From Candidatus Minusculum obligatum (lineage in GTDB: Bacteria > Patescibacteriota > Minisyncoccia > Phycocordibacterales > Phycocordibacteraceae): a DNA stretch of 64,000 nucleotides. Position 1 is the first letter of the stretch; each line of letters begins with the position of its first letter. The notes beneath the pieces were generated by a model. It was not told the origin of the DNA. It searched no databases and saw nothing but the letters and a program-made list of their open reading frames with translations. Shown here one piece after another: positions 17,922 to 27,431 of the stretch. The stretch covers positions 287,697 to 351,696 of the forward strand of contig DCYT01000001.1 of assembly GCA_002331145.1 (NCBI GenBank). Reading direction: 5' to 3'. Made by a program: the position numbers and the translations under genes.

Positions 17922-18475
17922 TGAATTTTCTTCCATATCTCTTCTGCAATTTCTTCTATTGTCTGTGTTCCATCAATATCAAGAACAGTAGTGTTCTCAC
18001 AGAAGTACTTAATAGCTTCTGCTGTATGCTCCTCGTACTCGGTCAAACGTCTCTCTACTGACTCATCATCCCCTCTCTGCTCTGTTTGTTTCCTAGCATC
18101 AATGCGTTCCCTCACCACCTCATCTGGAATAGTAAGATTGATAACGGTAAATGGTCTCCCAATCCACTCAAATGTCTTTGTAATAGTTCGTGCCTCAAGA
18201 GGCTTTCTGGCAAATCCATCAAGCACTATTGGCTCATCCCCCTTAAGGGCAAAAACGATAGAGTGAAAAAGATAGATAGGTACCCAATGAGGCAATAGAA
18301 TCCCCTGATCAATCTCTTCCTTTACCTTCTTTGCAACAGGGGTGTCCTGTGTTGCAAAACTACGTAGCTCAGCTCCTGCACTAATAAACTTTGCATTTAT
18401 TTTTTCAGCCAAGATCTTGGCTTGTGTACCTTTTCCAGCGCCAGGGCGACCGGTAAAAATAAAGGTGTTATCCAT
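17918..18475 (-). CDS. adk: Adenylate kinase (short LID)
   Basis: GRPGAGKGTQA and LDGFAR motifs; spc-operon position. Confidence 0.9.
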   Translation of the reverse strand: MDNTFIFTGRPGAGKGTQAKILAEKINAKFISAGAELRSFATQDTPVAKKVKEEIDQGILLPHWVPIYLFHSIVFALKGDEPIVLDGFARKPLEARTITKTFEWIGRPFTVINLTIPDEVVRERIDARKQTEQRGDDESVERRLTEYEEHTAEAIKYFCENTTVLDIDGTQTIEEIAEEIWKKIQ

Positions 18476-18545
18476 ACAGGGAGTGTACTGCATTGGCGCA
18501 AGAGTAGCAATAAATGCTAGAGTAAATACAGAAAGGAGCACAATC

Positions 18546-18995
18546 ATGAGCAGTGCACTTGAAGTACTTGAAGCCGCCAAAAAACGTGATGAATTTTGTT
18601 TTCATGGATCTCCCGAGAGCATCAGTGGATTCATTAGACCTCATCAAGCATACGGCGCTCAAGAACATGAGAGACATTTTGCTGTGTATGCGAGCACAGA
18701 CTATCGCCATGCACTATTTGCTGCAACAGCACGTCCATCATGCATAAGTGGATGTTCTGCATGGAATTGGAGCAATAATTTTTCGGAGATCATCATTGAT
18801 GGATATGGAGTATCTTTTCAATCTGGATATGTATATATCTTGAAAAGGAAGAATTTCAGTCCTTCTGGCAGTAGGTGTGGACGAGAATTTATTTGTCCTG
18901 AGGCTATTTTGCCAGAAAGAAAAATTCTTGTTCGTCTTGAAGATCTCAGGGCAGCAGAAGGTGTCGTCTTTAATGTAAATCCCCCACTATCTTAG
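18546..18995 (+). CDS. Orphan with ADP-ribosyltransferase-like motif order
   Basis: FHGS...VYAS...GYVY...EF; TGcTAGAGT promoter and AAGGAG SD; hairpin at 18978-19004. Confidence 0.6.
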   Translation: MSSALEVLEAAKKRDEFCFHGSPESISGFIRPHQAYGAQEHERHFAVYASTDYRHALFAATARPSCISGCSAWNWSNNFSEIIIDGYGVSFQSGYVYILKRKNFSPSGSRCGREFICPEAILPERKILVRLEDLRAAEGVVFNVNPPLS

Positions 18996-19026
18996 CGGGG
19001 GATTCAACATTATATGGAGAAAAGTT

Positions 19027-20298
19027 TTAATACTCGTTTAGAGAAACCTGTGCATCAATCTTTCGCACAACATCCATAATTACGGACACAGCAATAAGAA
19101 GTGCTGTTCCTCCAATCACAAGTGTAGAGATCCCTGTAAGTCCTTGTACGATAATCGGTACAATAGCGATAAGTCCAAGGAATACCGCTCCAGGAAGTGT
19201 AATCCTTGTAGCAACCTTTCCTAGGAACTCCTCAGTCTGCCCACCAGGACGTACTCCTGGGATAAATGCACCAGATTTTTGTAGGTTCTCTGCTACACGT
19301 ACTGGTTCAAAGATGATAGCTGTGTAGAAGTATGTAAATAGCACCACAAAGAAGAAGTAGAGTCCTCCGTAGATCCACTGATTAGCTAGTCCATTAACAA
19401 TAGACTCCATAATTCCAGCACCAGGACCTCCGAGTGCTAGTGTGATATTTGCTACCGTCTGTGGCACCAATAGAAGTGATAGTGCGAAGATAATAGGGAT
19501 AACTCCTGCCTGATTAATTCGAATAGGAAGGTATGTTTGTGACCCAACCTCAGCTGCTTTCCCTCGAAGCTGCTTTGCGTGTGTAATTGGCACTGGTCGC
19601 TCTGCTTCAGTTACAAGCACTACCGCAAAGGTCATTCCAATAGCAATAGCTGCAAGTCCTAGATATGCTGGAATCTGCTCTGGTGTAAATGAGAAGAGTG
19701 CCTGCGAGATTGCAGTTGGAAGAGAAGCCACAATACCTGCGAAGATAATAAGTGAGATACCGTTTCCAATACCATACTCAGTCATTAGCTCTCCAATCCA
19801 CATCAGGAAGATAGATCCTGCTGCAACCACCATAATGTTTGCAATAAGCAGAAGCGGTGTAAGTGCCTCAATAATTCCCTGTCCCTGTAGTAGGAAAATG
19901 AAAGCAATACCCTGAAGCACTGCAAATGGCACAGTAAGCATTCGGCTCCACTGCACAAACTTAGCTCGTCCTACCTCTCCCTCCTCAGTCTGCATAGCCT
20001 TCACCTGCGGGAATACCACAGTCATAAGCTGCATGATAATTGATGAAGTAATGTACGGCCCTACTCCGAGCAATACAATAGAAAGGTTTGAAAGTCCTCC
20101 TCCAGATAGAATATTTAGAAGTCCTAGGAACTCATTGTTTGCAAAAAAGTTCTCAAGAGCAAATACATTTACTCCAGGAATAGGAATAGTTGCAAGTACA
20201 CGGTACGCAAGAAGCGCTCCGATTATGAAAAGAATACGATTACGAAGCGAACCATCTTTTAGTGCTCGCGAAAGTTTTTTTCCGAATGTAGAAAACAT
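19027..20298 (-). CDS. secY: Preprotein translocase SecY
   Basis: LGVGPYITSSII, GIGNGISLIIF and FIPGVRPG motifs. Confidence 0.98.
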   Translation of the reverse strand: MFSTFGKKLSRALKDGSLRNRILFIIGALLAYRVLATIPIPGVNVFALENFFANNEFLGLLNILSGGGLSNLSIVLLGVGPYITSSIIMQLMTVVFPQVKAMQTEEGEVGRAKFVQWSRMLTVPFAVLQGIAFIFLLQGQGIIEALTPLLLIANIMVVAAGSIFLMWIGELMTEYGIGNGISLIIFAGIVASLPTAISQALFSFTPEQIPAYLGLAAIAIGMTFAVVLVTEAERPVPITHAKQLRGKAAEVGSQTYLPIRINQAGVIPIIFALSLLLVPQTVANITLALGGPGAGIMESIVNGLANQWIYGGLYFFFVVLFTYFYTAIIFEPVRVAENLQKSGAFIPGVRPGGQTEEFLGKVATRITLPGAVFLGLIAIVPIIVQGLTGISTLVIGGTALLIAVSVIMDVVRKIDAQVSLNEY

Positions 20299-20299
20299 A

Positions 20300-20728
20300 T
20301 TACTTAATGGTACCACCTGCTGCAGTAACCTTCTCCTTTGCACTCTCTGAGAATGTAACACCCTCAAATGTGAATGCCTTTGTAAGATCTCCGTTTCCAA
20401 GGATCTTCACTGCTGGAACCTTTCCTCGTACTCGTCGCACAAGACCGGCCTTTAGAAGAGCTGCTGCATTGATAGCTGCTCCCTTCTCAAACACCTCCTC
20501 AATCTGAGATACGTTTACGCTCTCATGCTTAATAGCAACACTATTGAACTTGTATCCTCGCTTCTTAGGAAGCTTCTTGATGAAATCTCGAATCTCAGGT
20601 CGCGGTGTTCCTCCGTGAGCTAGCTGTCCCTTTGTTCCTCGTCCTGATGTAGTTCCACGCTTACCACCACGTCCAACTCGCTTGGCGGCTTTATTAGGGT
20701 TATTTCGTTGTAGGTTGTGTAGCTGCAT
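20300..20728 (-). CDS. rplO: 50S ribosomal protein L15
   Basis: RVGRGGKRGTTSGRGTKGQ and VKILGNG motifs. Confidence 0.96.
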   Translation of the reverse strand: MQLHNLQRNNPNKAAKRVGRGGKRGTTSGRGTKGQLAHGGTPRPEIRDFIKKLPKKRGYKFNSVAIKHESVNVSQIEEVFEKGAAINAAALLKAGLVRRVRGKVPAVKILGNGDLTKAFTFEGVTFSESAKEKVTAAGGTIK

Positions 20729-20729
20729 A

Positions 20730-21302
20730 TTATGAAAGTTTCTTTAGAGCATTTACTGTTGCCCGTGCAATTGAGAGCTTACTCTTACTTCGTGTAAGGA
20801 TCTTAGCAACGATATCAGTTACCCCTGCAAACTCAAGTACTGTTCGCACTGCAGATCCTGCCACAAGTCCTCGTCCCTTAGATGGGATAAGTACTACCTC
20901 TGAAGAATCAGTTCGAGCCTGTACATCAAATGGAATGCTTCCAGTCTCTGTTCGATTTACCGTAATCATGTTCTTCTTGGCATTTCGGATAGCCTTCTCG
21001 ATAGCAAGTGCTGTATCTGTTGCTTTTCCAAGACCAACTCCAACTCGTCCCTTCTGGTCACCAATAACCATAGAAACTGAGAATGAGAATCGTCGTCCTC
21101 CTGATACCACTCGAACCACTCGACGGATCTCAATAATTCGCTGCTCGAACTCCTGTCGCTCTCGTGGAGCTTTTGGTCCTCGAGAATTTCGTCGTCCTCC
21201 TCCTCGCTTTACGCGTGAGTTAGCTGGTGCATCAGCTTTAGCCTCAGGCTTCTTTGGTGCCTCAGTTGTCTTCTTCTCTTCTGTTGTTGGTGCGTCAGTC
21301 AT
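20730..21302 (-). CDS. rpsE: 30S ribosomal protein S5
   Basis: RVVRVVSGGRRFSF and GRVGVGLGKA; no rpmD between rpsE and rplO. Confidence 0.96.
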   Translation of the reverse strand: MTDAPTTEEKKTTEAPKKPEAKADAPANSRVKRGGGRRNSRGPKAPRERQEFEQRIIEIRRVVRVVSGGRRFSFSVSMVIGDQKGRVGVGLGKATDTALAIEKAIRNAKKNMITVNRTETGSIPFDVQARTDSSEVVLIPSKGRGLVAGSAVRTVLEFAGVTDIVAKILTRSKSKLSIARATVNALKKLS

Positions 21303-21306
21303 AATA

Positions 21307-21654
21307 TTAAATCTTTAGCCCTGCCTCTCGTGCAGCGTCAGCTAGTTTTGCAACTCGACCAATGTAATTAAATCCTCCTCGATCAAATACTGCAGTTGTA
21401 ACTTTCTTCTCTTTTCCTCGCTCAGCAACAGCCTTTCCTACTGCCTGCGCTTGTGCCATAAGAGAACCTCCGAACTCCTTTCCGTGAGCCTGCGCTAGAG
21501 TAACACCAGCCTTATCGTCGATAAGCTGTGCGCTGATGAACTTATTTGATCGAAAGACTGCAAGACGTGGTCGCTCTGCTGTTCCACGAACAATAGCTCG
21601 CACTCGATTGTGCCGCCTTACTCGTCCGTCTCTTTTTGAAATAGTATTACTCAT
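21307..21654 (-). CDS. rplR: 50S ribosomal protein L18
   Basis: [10 protein letters not shown] and VFDRGG motifs. Confidence 0.96.
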   Translation of the reverse strand: MSNTISKRDGRVRRHNRVRAIVRGTAERPRLAVFRSNKFISAQLIDDKAGVTLAQAHGKEFGGSLMAQAQAVGKAVAERGKEKKVTTAVFDRGGFNYIGRVAKLADAAREAGLKI

Positions 21655-21659
21655 ATGCG

Positions 21660-22193
21660 TTATACAGCCTTCTTACCTTGCTTTCGACGAATAACTTCAT
21701 CCTCATAACGAAGTCCCTTACCTTTGTATGGCTCAGGCTTCTTCTTTGATCGAACCTCAGCTGCAAACTGTCCAACCTTCTCCTTATCTGCTCCTGAGAT
21801 AGTGATGGCATTCTTTACCACCTCTACAGTAAGTCCCTCAGGAACCTCCATCTCAACTGGGTGAGAGTATCCGACAGTAAGCTTAAGTGTCTTTCCTGCA
21901 AGCTCTACTCGATACCCTACTCCCTCAAGGATAAGGACCTTCTTGTAGTTCTCATTTACTCCATTCACCATGTTCCGTACATGGGATGCAAATGTTCCCC
22001 ATAGTGCACGAGCCAATCGACTGTTGTTCTTTGGAGCTACTGTTGCCTCTCCGCCCTCTACAGATACCTCAACAAGTGAGTGTACTGGCTTTTGTAGCTC
22101 TCCCTGAGGACCCTTAACAGAAAGCACTCCTGACTCTACCTTTACGTCAGTTCCTGCTGGGATTGCTACTGGTTTTTTTCCAAGACGACTCAT
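21660..22193 (-). CDS. rplF: 50S ribosomal protein L6
   Basis: MSRLGKKPV and PEPYKGKG motifs. Confidence 0.96.
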   Translation of the reverse strand: MSRLGKKPVAIPAGTDVKVESGVLSVKGPQGELQKPVHSLVEVSVEGGEATVAPKNNSRLARALWGTFASHVRNMVNGVNENYKKVLILEGVGYRVELAGKTLKLTVGYSHPVEMEVPEGLTVEVVKNAITISGADKEKVGQFAAEVRSKKKPEPYKGKGLRYEDEVIRRKQGKKAV

Positions 22194-22198
22194 AATAC

Positions 22199-22591
22199 TT
22201 ACCAAATCTTAAATAGCATCTCTCCTCCTACACGATCTCGTCGTACTTCAGAATCAGAAAGGATTCCTTTAGGTGTTGAGATAATTAGTGATCCTGTTCC
22301 ATATTTCACAGGATGCGCGTCCTTTGCTCCAGTATATAGACGACGTCCAGGCTTACTTACTCGCTTTACATCAGTAATCTTTGGAGATCCGTCCTCATTG
22401 TATGCAATAGCAATCTTAAGTGCTGGCTTATCTTTTCCAACCTTCTCAACATCGCTAACGTAGCCCATATCCTTGAGCTTAGCTGCAACATCGTGCTTGT
22501 GGCGAGAATGTGGAAGTTCCACAAAATCCTTACCGATAAGCCCGGCGTTCTTAATCTGAACTATTAAATCTCCAATGGGGTCGTTTACCAT
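22199..22591 (-). CDS. rpsH: 30S ribosomal protein S8
   Basis: [16 protein letters not shown] and ISTPKG motifs. Confidence 0.96.
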   Translation of the reverse strand: MVNDPIGDLIVQIKNAGLIGKDFVELPHSRHKHDVAAKLKDMGYVSDVEKVGKDKPALKIAIAYNEDGSPKITDVKRVSKPGRRLYTGAKDAHPVKYGTGSLIISTPKGILSDSEVRRDRVGGEMLFKIW

Positions 22592-22854
22592 GATGCCTTT
22601 TTTACGCCTGGAATCTTGCCTTCGCGAGCAAGCTCTCGAAATACAATTCGAGAAAGACCGAAGTCTCGCATGTAGCCGCGGGGACGTCCAGAAACAGCAC
22701 ACCGATTCTTAATTCGACTAGGTGAACTATTCTTTGGAAGAGCCTGAAGCCCTTCTGAATCACCTGCAGCCTTAAGAGCGGCACGCTTCTCTGCGTACTT
22801 AGCGACCAGTTTCATGCGCTTATCATTGCGCGCGATTTGTGACTTTTTCGCCAT
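22585..22854 (-). CDS. rpsN: 30S ribosomal protein S14 (long, non-zinc form)
   Basis: [19 protein letters not shown] and GVKKASW; only one Cys. Confidence 0.95.
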   Translation of the reverse strand: MAKKSQIARNDKRMKLVAKYAEKRAALKAAGDSEGLQALPKNSSPSRIKNRCAVSGRPRGYMRDFGLSRIVFRELAREGKIPGVKKASW

Positions 22855-22988
22855 AAAATAAAAAGACACGCCAAAATTGCGTGGAGGCATAGTATCAGGG
22901 TGCATTTGTAATGTCAAACCTTGTAGAGCCTTTTGTTAACGCGTATACTGTACTTCCAGAAGTACCTCTACAAACGAAAGGATTCGTT

Positions 22989-23312
22989 ATGAAAGCGCGA
23001 CCAATTGGAGAGATTGTCGCGCACAGCGACACTCTCAATCTTATACTTCGCATGGATGCACAAGACCCTAAAAAGGGCTATGCTATGCGACTTTCTGAAG
23101 ACCTTAACAAGCTTTCAGAAATACAGTTGATGGAATTGAGGGATTTTCTTCAGGGAAAACTGGATACACTTTGCAATGAAGCAGGGGAAAAGGTCCAGGG
23201 ATTACTTACCCAAAGAGCTGCTGAGACTGAGCAGTCTGAGCTGAATCTTGGAGATCCTGATAAAGACGATCTTGAAATTCCAGCATTTCTGCGAAGAAAT
23301 CATGGTTGCTAA
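22989..23312 (+). CDS. Orphan protein ending in an FtsZ C-terminal-peptide-like motif
   Basis: TATACT promoter, AAAGGA SD, DDLEIPAFLRR near the C-terminus, terminator at 23314-23345. Confidence 0.75.
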   Translation: MKARPIGEIVAHSDTLNLILRMDAQDPKKGYAMRLSEDLNKLSEIQLMELRDFLQGKLDTLCNEAGEKVQGLLTQRAAETEQSELNLGDPDKDDLEIPAFLRRNHGC

Positions 23313-23380
23313 AGGGCGGCAAGTATTACTTGCCGCCCTATTTTTATTCCATTTAAAAAGCCCCTTTCGGGGCCTTTTCT

Positions 23381-23932
23381 TTATTTCTCCTCGTCTTTCT
23401 TAAATGGAACTCCTAGATGAGTTAGGAAGGCTTTGGCCTCTTCCTTTGTCTTTGCTGTTGTTACAACAGTAATAGCAAATCCAAATACGTCCTTGAGGTC
23501 CTCATCTGCAGTCTCAGGGAAGATAGTATGCTCCTTGATTCCGATAGTTAGGTTCCCCATCTCATCAATAGCAGTTGTTTTGATCCCTCGGAAGTCTCGA
23601 GTTCGAGGAAGTGCTACGTGAATCAACTTATCGAGGAAGTTATACATCTGCTCCCCTCGAAGTGTTGTCTGATATCCAATGATATCTCCCTCTCGAAGCT
23701 TAAATGAAGCAATAGACTTCTTTGCAGGACGCGGTGCTGACTTCTGTCCTGTAATACGAGCCATTCGATCCTCGATAACCTTGATCTTGTTCTTATCTTT
23801 GATCTTTCCTGTTCCAGTAGAGAGAACAACCTTCTCAATCTTTGGAGCAGCCATTACATTCTTGTACCCGAAGTCTCCCTTTAGGGTCTCAAATGTCTTT
23901 TGTACTTTGTCTTGTGAAATAGTCATAGGCAA
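23381..23932 (-). CDS. rplE: 50S ribosomal protein L5
   Basis: PKIEKVV, ITGQK, SIASFKLREG and LPRTRDFRG motifs. Confidence 0.96.
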   Translation of the reverse strand: MPMTISQDKVQKTFETLKGDFGYKNVMAAPKIEKVVLSTGTGKIKDKNKIKVIEDRMARITGQKSAPRPAKKSIASFKLREGDIIGYQTTLRGEQMYNFLDKLIHVALPRTRDFRGIKTTAIDEMGNLTIGIKEHTIFPETADEDLKDVFGFAITVVTTAKTKEEAKAFLTHLGVPFKKDEEK

Positions 23933-23934
23933 TA

Positions 23935-24240
23935 TTATGAAAGCTCAGTTCCACTCTTTTTAGTTACTCGAATACGCTTCCCGTCCTTTCGAATGATTCC
24001 AACTCGTGTTGGCTTATTATCCTTAGGATCCATAAGCATTACGTTTGAAATGTGCACAGGTCGCGTTACGTCCTTAAATCCTCCCTTCTCTGTCTTTGTT
24101 CGCTTCACAACCTTCTTAAGAACGTTCACGCCCTCAACAAGAACCTTATCTTCATTGGGAAGAGCCTCCAGAACCTTTCCGGTCTTTCCTTTGTCTTTTC
24201 CTGCAATTACTTGCACTGTGTCGTTTTTCTTGATTTTCAT
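23935..24240 (-). CDS. rplX: 50S ribosomal protein L24
   Basis: VIAGKDKGKTG and HISNV motifs. Confidence 0.96.
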   Translation of the reverse strand: MKIKKNDTVQVIAGKDKGKTGKVLEALPNEDKVLVEGVNVLKKVVKRTKTEKGGFKDVTRPVHISNVMLMDPKDNKPTRVGIIRKDGKRIRVTKKSGTELS

Positions 24241-24245
24241 ACGCG

Positions 24246-24617
24246 TTATACAACTTCAGGTGCTGAAGAAACAATCTTCTGATACCCAAGCTCTCCTAGC
24301 TCTCGTGGTACTGGACCAAAGATTCGGTTTGCTTTTGGCTCTGGCTTCTCCTTATCGATAATAACTACAGCGTTCTCATCAAATCGGATGTAACTTCCGT
24401 CCTTTCGACGGAAAGGAGCACTCTGCCGCACTACCACAGCGTGATGTACCTCCTTCTTCTTTACAGCCTTTCGAGGCTCTGCAGTCTGTACTGAAATAAC
24501 AACCTTATCTCCAATACGAGCGTATCGCCTTTTTGATCCTCCGAGCACTTTAAATACGCGAGCAATCTTTGCTCCTGAGTTATCAGCTACTTTAACGATT
24601 GATTGTGGTTGAAGCAT
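24246..24617 (-). CDS. rplN: 50S ribosomal protein L14
   Basis: VADNSGA, IRFDENA and RIFGPV motifs. Confidence 0.97.
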   Translation of the reverse strand: MLQPQSIVKVADNSGAKIARVFKVLGGSKRRYARIGDKVVISVQTAEPRKAVKKKEVHHAVVVRQSAPFRRKDGSYIRFDENAVVIIDKEKPEPKANRIFGPVPRELGELGYQKIVSSAPEVV

Positions 24618-24621
24618 GGTA

Positions 24622-24882
24622 CTAGTCGTTAGTTACGAGAATGAATCGCTTATTCTTTGAAATAGGCTTGCTCTCCTTAATTGAAACAATATCTCCCACT
24701 TCTGCAGTGTTTCCTGGATTGTGTACAAGGAACTTCTTTGTTCGCTTCTGGAACTTCTTGTACTTAGGGTGTGCTACGTATCGAGTTACAGCAACAGTAA
24801 TAGTGTCCTGTGCAGCACTTTTAACAACCGTACCCTTTAGTACTTTTCCTCCCTGCTTTTCTTGTGAGTTTTTTGTTTCCAT
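24622..24882 (-). CDS. rpsQ: 30S ribosomal protein S17
   Basis: HPKYKK and PISKNKRF motifs. Confidence 0.95.
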   Translation of the reverse strand: METKNSQEKQGGKVLKGTVVKSAAQDTITVAVTRYVAHPKYKKFQKRTKKFLVHNPGNTAEVGDIVSIKESKPISKNKRFILVTND

Positions 24883-24883
24883 A

Positions 24884-25060
24884 CTACTTAGTTCGGCTAT
24901 TAAGCTCTGTTAGCATTCGCGCAACTTCCTTTCGAAGATTCTTGTGAGCTTTTGGATCTCGCTTCTCAGCAACTCCAAAACGAACTTTTCGAAGCTCCTC
25001 TCGCTTCTCGCGAAGAGTCTTGTTCAGGTCCTTATCACTTTTTTTACTAAAATCAGTCAT
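24884..25060 (-). CDS. rpmC: 50S ribosomal protein L29
   Basis: ELRKVRF and LRKEVARMLT; position between rplP and rpsQ. Confidence 0.9.
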   Translation of the reverse strand: MTDFSKKSDKDLNKTLREKREELRKVRFGVAEKRDPKAHKNLRKEVARMLTELNSRTK

Positions 25061-25064
25061 ACGC

Positions 25065-25490
25065 TTATGCTTCTCGCTTGGCAAATCGAGCCTTAAATGG
25101 AAGCTTTGCAGCTGCCTTTCTAAATGCCTCTCGAGCCATCTCCTCAGGCACTCCATCTAGCTCGAAGATTACTCGACCTGGGCGCACCTCAAAGATAAAT
25201 CGCTGAGGATCTCCCTTTCCCTTTCCCATACCTACCTCAGCAGCTTTCTGTGTCTGAGGCTTGTCTGGAAATACTCGGATCCAACTCTTTCCAATCTTTC
25301 CTGTAGATCGACTAATTACCTTTCGGGCAGCTTCGATCTGGTTTGAAGAAAGTCGTCCTGGGCTTGTAGCCTTAAGACCATATGCTCCAAAGGCAATAGT
25401 TGTTCCTCGTGTATCAGGACGCATCATTTTCTCAGGACTTACTCGCCCTGTCTGCCACTTTCGGTGTTTTACTTTCTTTGGGAACAACAT
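25065..25490 (-). CDS. rplP: 50S ribosomal protein L16
   Basis: PKKVKHRK, QIEAAR, WIRVFPD and MGKGKG motifs. Confidence 0.96.
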   Translation of the reverse strand: MLFPKKVKHRKWQTGRVSPEKMMRPDTRGTTIAFGAYGLKATSPGRLSSNQIEAARKVISRSTGKIGKSWIRVFPDKPQTQKAAEVGMGKGKGDPQRFIFEVRPGRVIFELDGVPEEMAREAFRKAAAKLPFKARFAKREA

Positions 25491-25494
25491 AAGC

Positions 25495-26163
25495 TTATTT
25501 CTTAGTATCTTCGAAGATATCTCCTCGATAGATCCATACCTTAATTCCAATCACACCGTATGGAAGGTTTGCTCGCTCGTATGCAAAATCAATGTCAGCA
25601 CGGAATGTCTGAAGAGGAATTCGACCTTTCTTTAGCTCCTCCTTTCGAGCCATCTCAGCTCCACCGAGCCTCCCGCTCATTACGATTCGCACTCCCTTTA
25701 CGTCTCGGTTAGCCATCACCTTCTCTACTGTCTGCTTCATAACCCGACGGAAAGGAAGTCGCTTCTCAAGCCCCTCTGCAATCATGTACCCCACAACAGC
25801 AGCATTACTCTCAGGGCTCTTAACTTCTACAACATCAAACTTAATCTCAGGCATTGTCTCAGGCTTTGCAGATCGCACTACCTTCTCAAGCTTCTTCTTT
25901 AGCTTTGTTACGTTCTCTCCTGAGCGTCCGATAATAAGACCAGGACGAGATGTACTTACGATTACTCGTAGCTCCTTCTCTCCTCGCTCAATCTCAATAT
26001 CAGCCACGTACATTCCACGTAGTTCCTTCTCAAGGAATGACCTTACTGCAGCGTCAACACGCACGTTCTCACGATATTTGTCCTTTCCACCTGCAAACCA
26101 CCGGCTCTTCCAGCCACGAATGATTCCAAGTCTTTGTGCGTATGGGTGTACTACGTGTGTCAT
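25495..26163 (-). CDS. rpsC: 30S ribosomal protein S3
   Basis: RPGLIIGR, SGRLGGAEMAR and PLQTFRADID motifs. Confidence 0.97.
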   Translation of the reverse strand: MTHVVHPYAQRLGIIRGWKSRWFAGGKDKYRENVRVDAAVRSFLEKELRGMYVADIEIERGEKELRVIVSTSRPGLIIGRSGENVTKLKKKLEKVVRSAKPETMPEIKFDVVEVKSPESNAAVVGYMIAEGLEKRLPFRRVMKQTVEKVMANRDVKGVRIVMSGRLGGAEMARKEELKKGRIPLQTFRADIDFAYERANLPYGVIGIKVWIYRGDIFEDTKK

Positions 26164-26164
26164 A

Positions 26165-26479
26165 TTACTTTTTCTTTAGAGTTACATTAATGTGACTCTT
26201 CTCCTTTCTTAGTGGTGTGGCACGTCCACGAGCGCGTGGAAGCCATCGCTTTAGCGTCATTCCCTTATCTACAGTGATGTTCTCAATCCAAAGCTCTTCT
26301 GGCTTTGCTCCTGAGTTAGCTGCAGCAGACGCAATAAGCTTCTTTACTTCTGTAGCTCCCTTCTTCTTCACAAAAGGAAGTAGTGCGAGCGCTTTGCTTA
26401 CACTCTTTCCTTTTACAAGGTCAGTTACCAAACGAGTTTTTCGTGGTGCCTGATTGTGATTTTTAAGGGTTGCTTTCAT
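26165..26479 (-). CDS. rplV: 50S ribosomal protein L22
   Basis: APRKTRLV and PRARGRA motifs. Confidence 0.96.
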   Translation of the reverse strand: MKATLKNHNQAPRKTRLVTDLVKGKSVSKALALLPFVKKKGATEVKKLIASAAANSGAKPEELWIENITVDKGMTLKRWLPRARGRATPLRKEKSHINVTLKKK

Positions 26480-26488
26480 ATATCAAAT

Positions 26489-26818
26489 TTAGGCAGCTGC
26501 CTTTGCAGCCTTTGCAGCTACAATCTCAGCCTCCTTTCTCTTCTGCTCGAGCTCCTTGGCCATCTTTCCTCCGTGCGTTACGAACTTCTTCGTTGGAGAG
26601 AACTCACCAAGCCTATGACCTACCATATCGTCAGTTACAAGAACCTCAATATGCTCCTTTCCGTTGTACACACCGAAGGTGAACCCAACCATCTCTGGAG
26701 CAATCTGTGAAGCACGTGCCCACGTCTTAATAACCCCAGTATCTTCTGGTTTCTTTCCATCAACCTTCTTTAGAAGTTTTGCGTCGATGTATGGTCCCTT
26801 CTTAATTGATCGTGCCAT
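26489..26818 (-). CDS. rpsS: 30S ribosomal protein S19
   Basis: RSIKKGPY and [12 protein letters not shown] motifs. Confidence 0.96.
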   Translation of the reverse strand: MARSIKKGPYIDAKLLKKVDGKKPEDTGVIKTWARASQIAPEMVGFTFGVYNGKEHIEVLVTDDMVGHRLGEFSPTKKFVTHGGKMAKELEQKRKEAEIVAAKAAKAAA

Positions 26819-26960
26819 AAAATAAAAGCTCGAACACGAGCGTGGGGCTATGCTACTTGATTTATTTACTAATGTCAAACCTTTATGAAGCCATTTTCTT
26901 GCTTTTAGGGCACATATTGAGATATGGTGCTTTCAGATTGAAAATTGATGGAGAAAAAGG

Positions 26961-27344
26961 ATGTCAGTTGAGATAATTCCTACCCCCTACGCCTTCAGAA
27001 ACAGAATTTTGGCGGGCATAGAGTGGATCAATGAACGAGCGCCAGATGGTTGGAAATACAATCTTTTTGGCAATATTAATGGAGAACATATCTTTAAAAT
27101 GTCTCTGTTAAGCGCCACAGAGAGTGTTTTGCCACTTGCCTTTAAAGGACAGCGGCTTACCACACACATGTCACACTGTGGCATTGCAAGTTATTTTGAA
27201 CTTAGCTTAGAAGAACTTATATCTTTTGGCTTTCATGCAGGACATATGCAATATGTCGAACTTATTGAAAAAGCTTGGGAAGAAGTTCTCCGAGAAAAAA
27301 TAGAAGAAGATGAGTTCTTTACCGAAGATGGATCTCTTCGGTAA
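26961..27344 (+). CDS. Orphan protein, paralog A of a tandem pair
   Basis: TGGAG SD; shares motifs with 27432-27887. Confidence 0.7.
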   Translation: MSVEIIPTPYAFRNRILAGIEWINERAPDGWKYNLFGNINGEHIFKMSLLSATESVLPLAFKGQRLTTHMSHCGIASYFELSLEELISFGFHAGHMQYVELIEKAWEEVLREKIEEDEFFTEDGSLR

Positions 27345-27431
27345 CCTATAGAGAGCCTTGTGCTCTCTATTTGCTTTTATGATCCTAAAACTATATCTTC
27401 TTCATTAGAAGCAATCAAAGGGAGACGCGTG

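Noticed and set aside
20728-20730. Absence of rpmD (L30) between rpsE and rplO
   Set aside because: Real, but an already known CPR trait; used only as a taxonomic clue.
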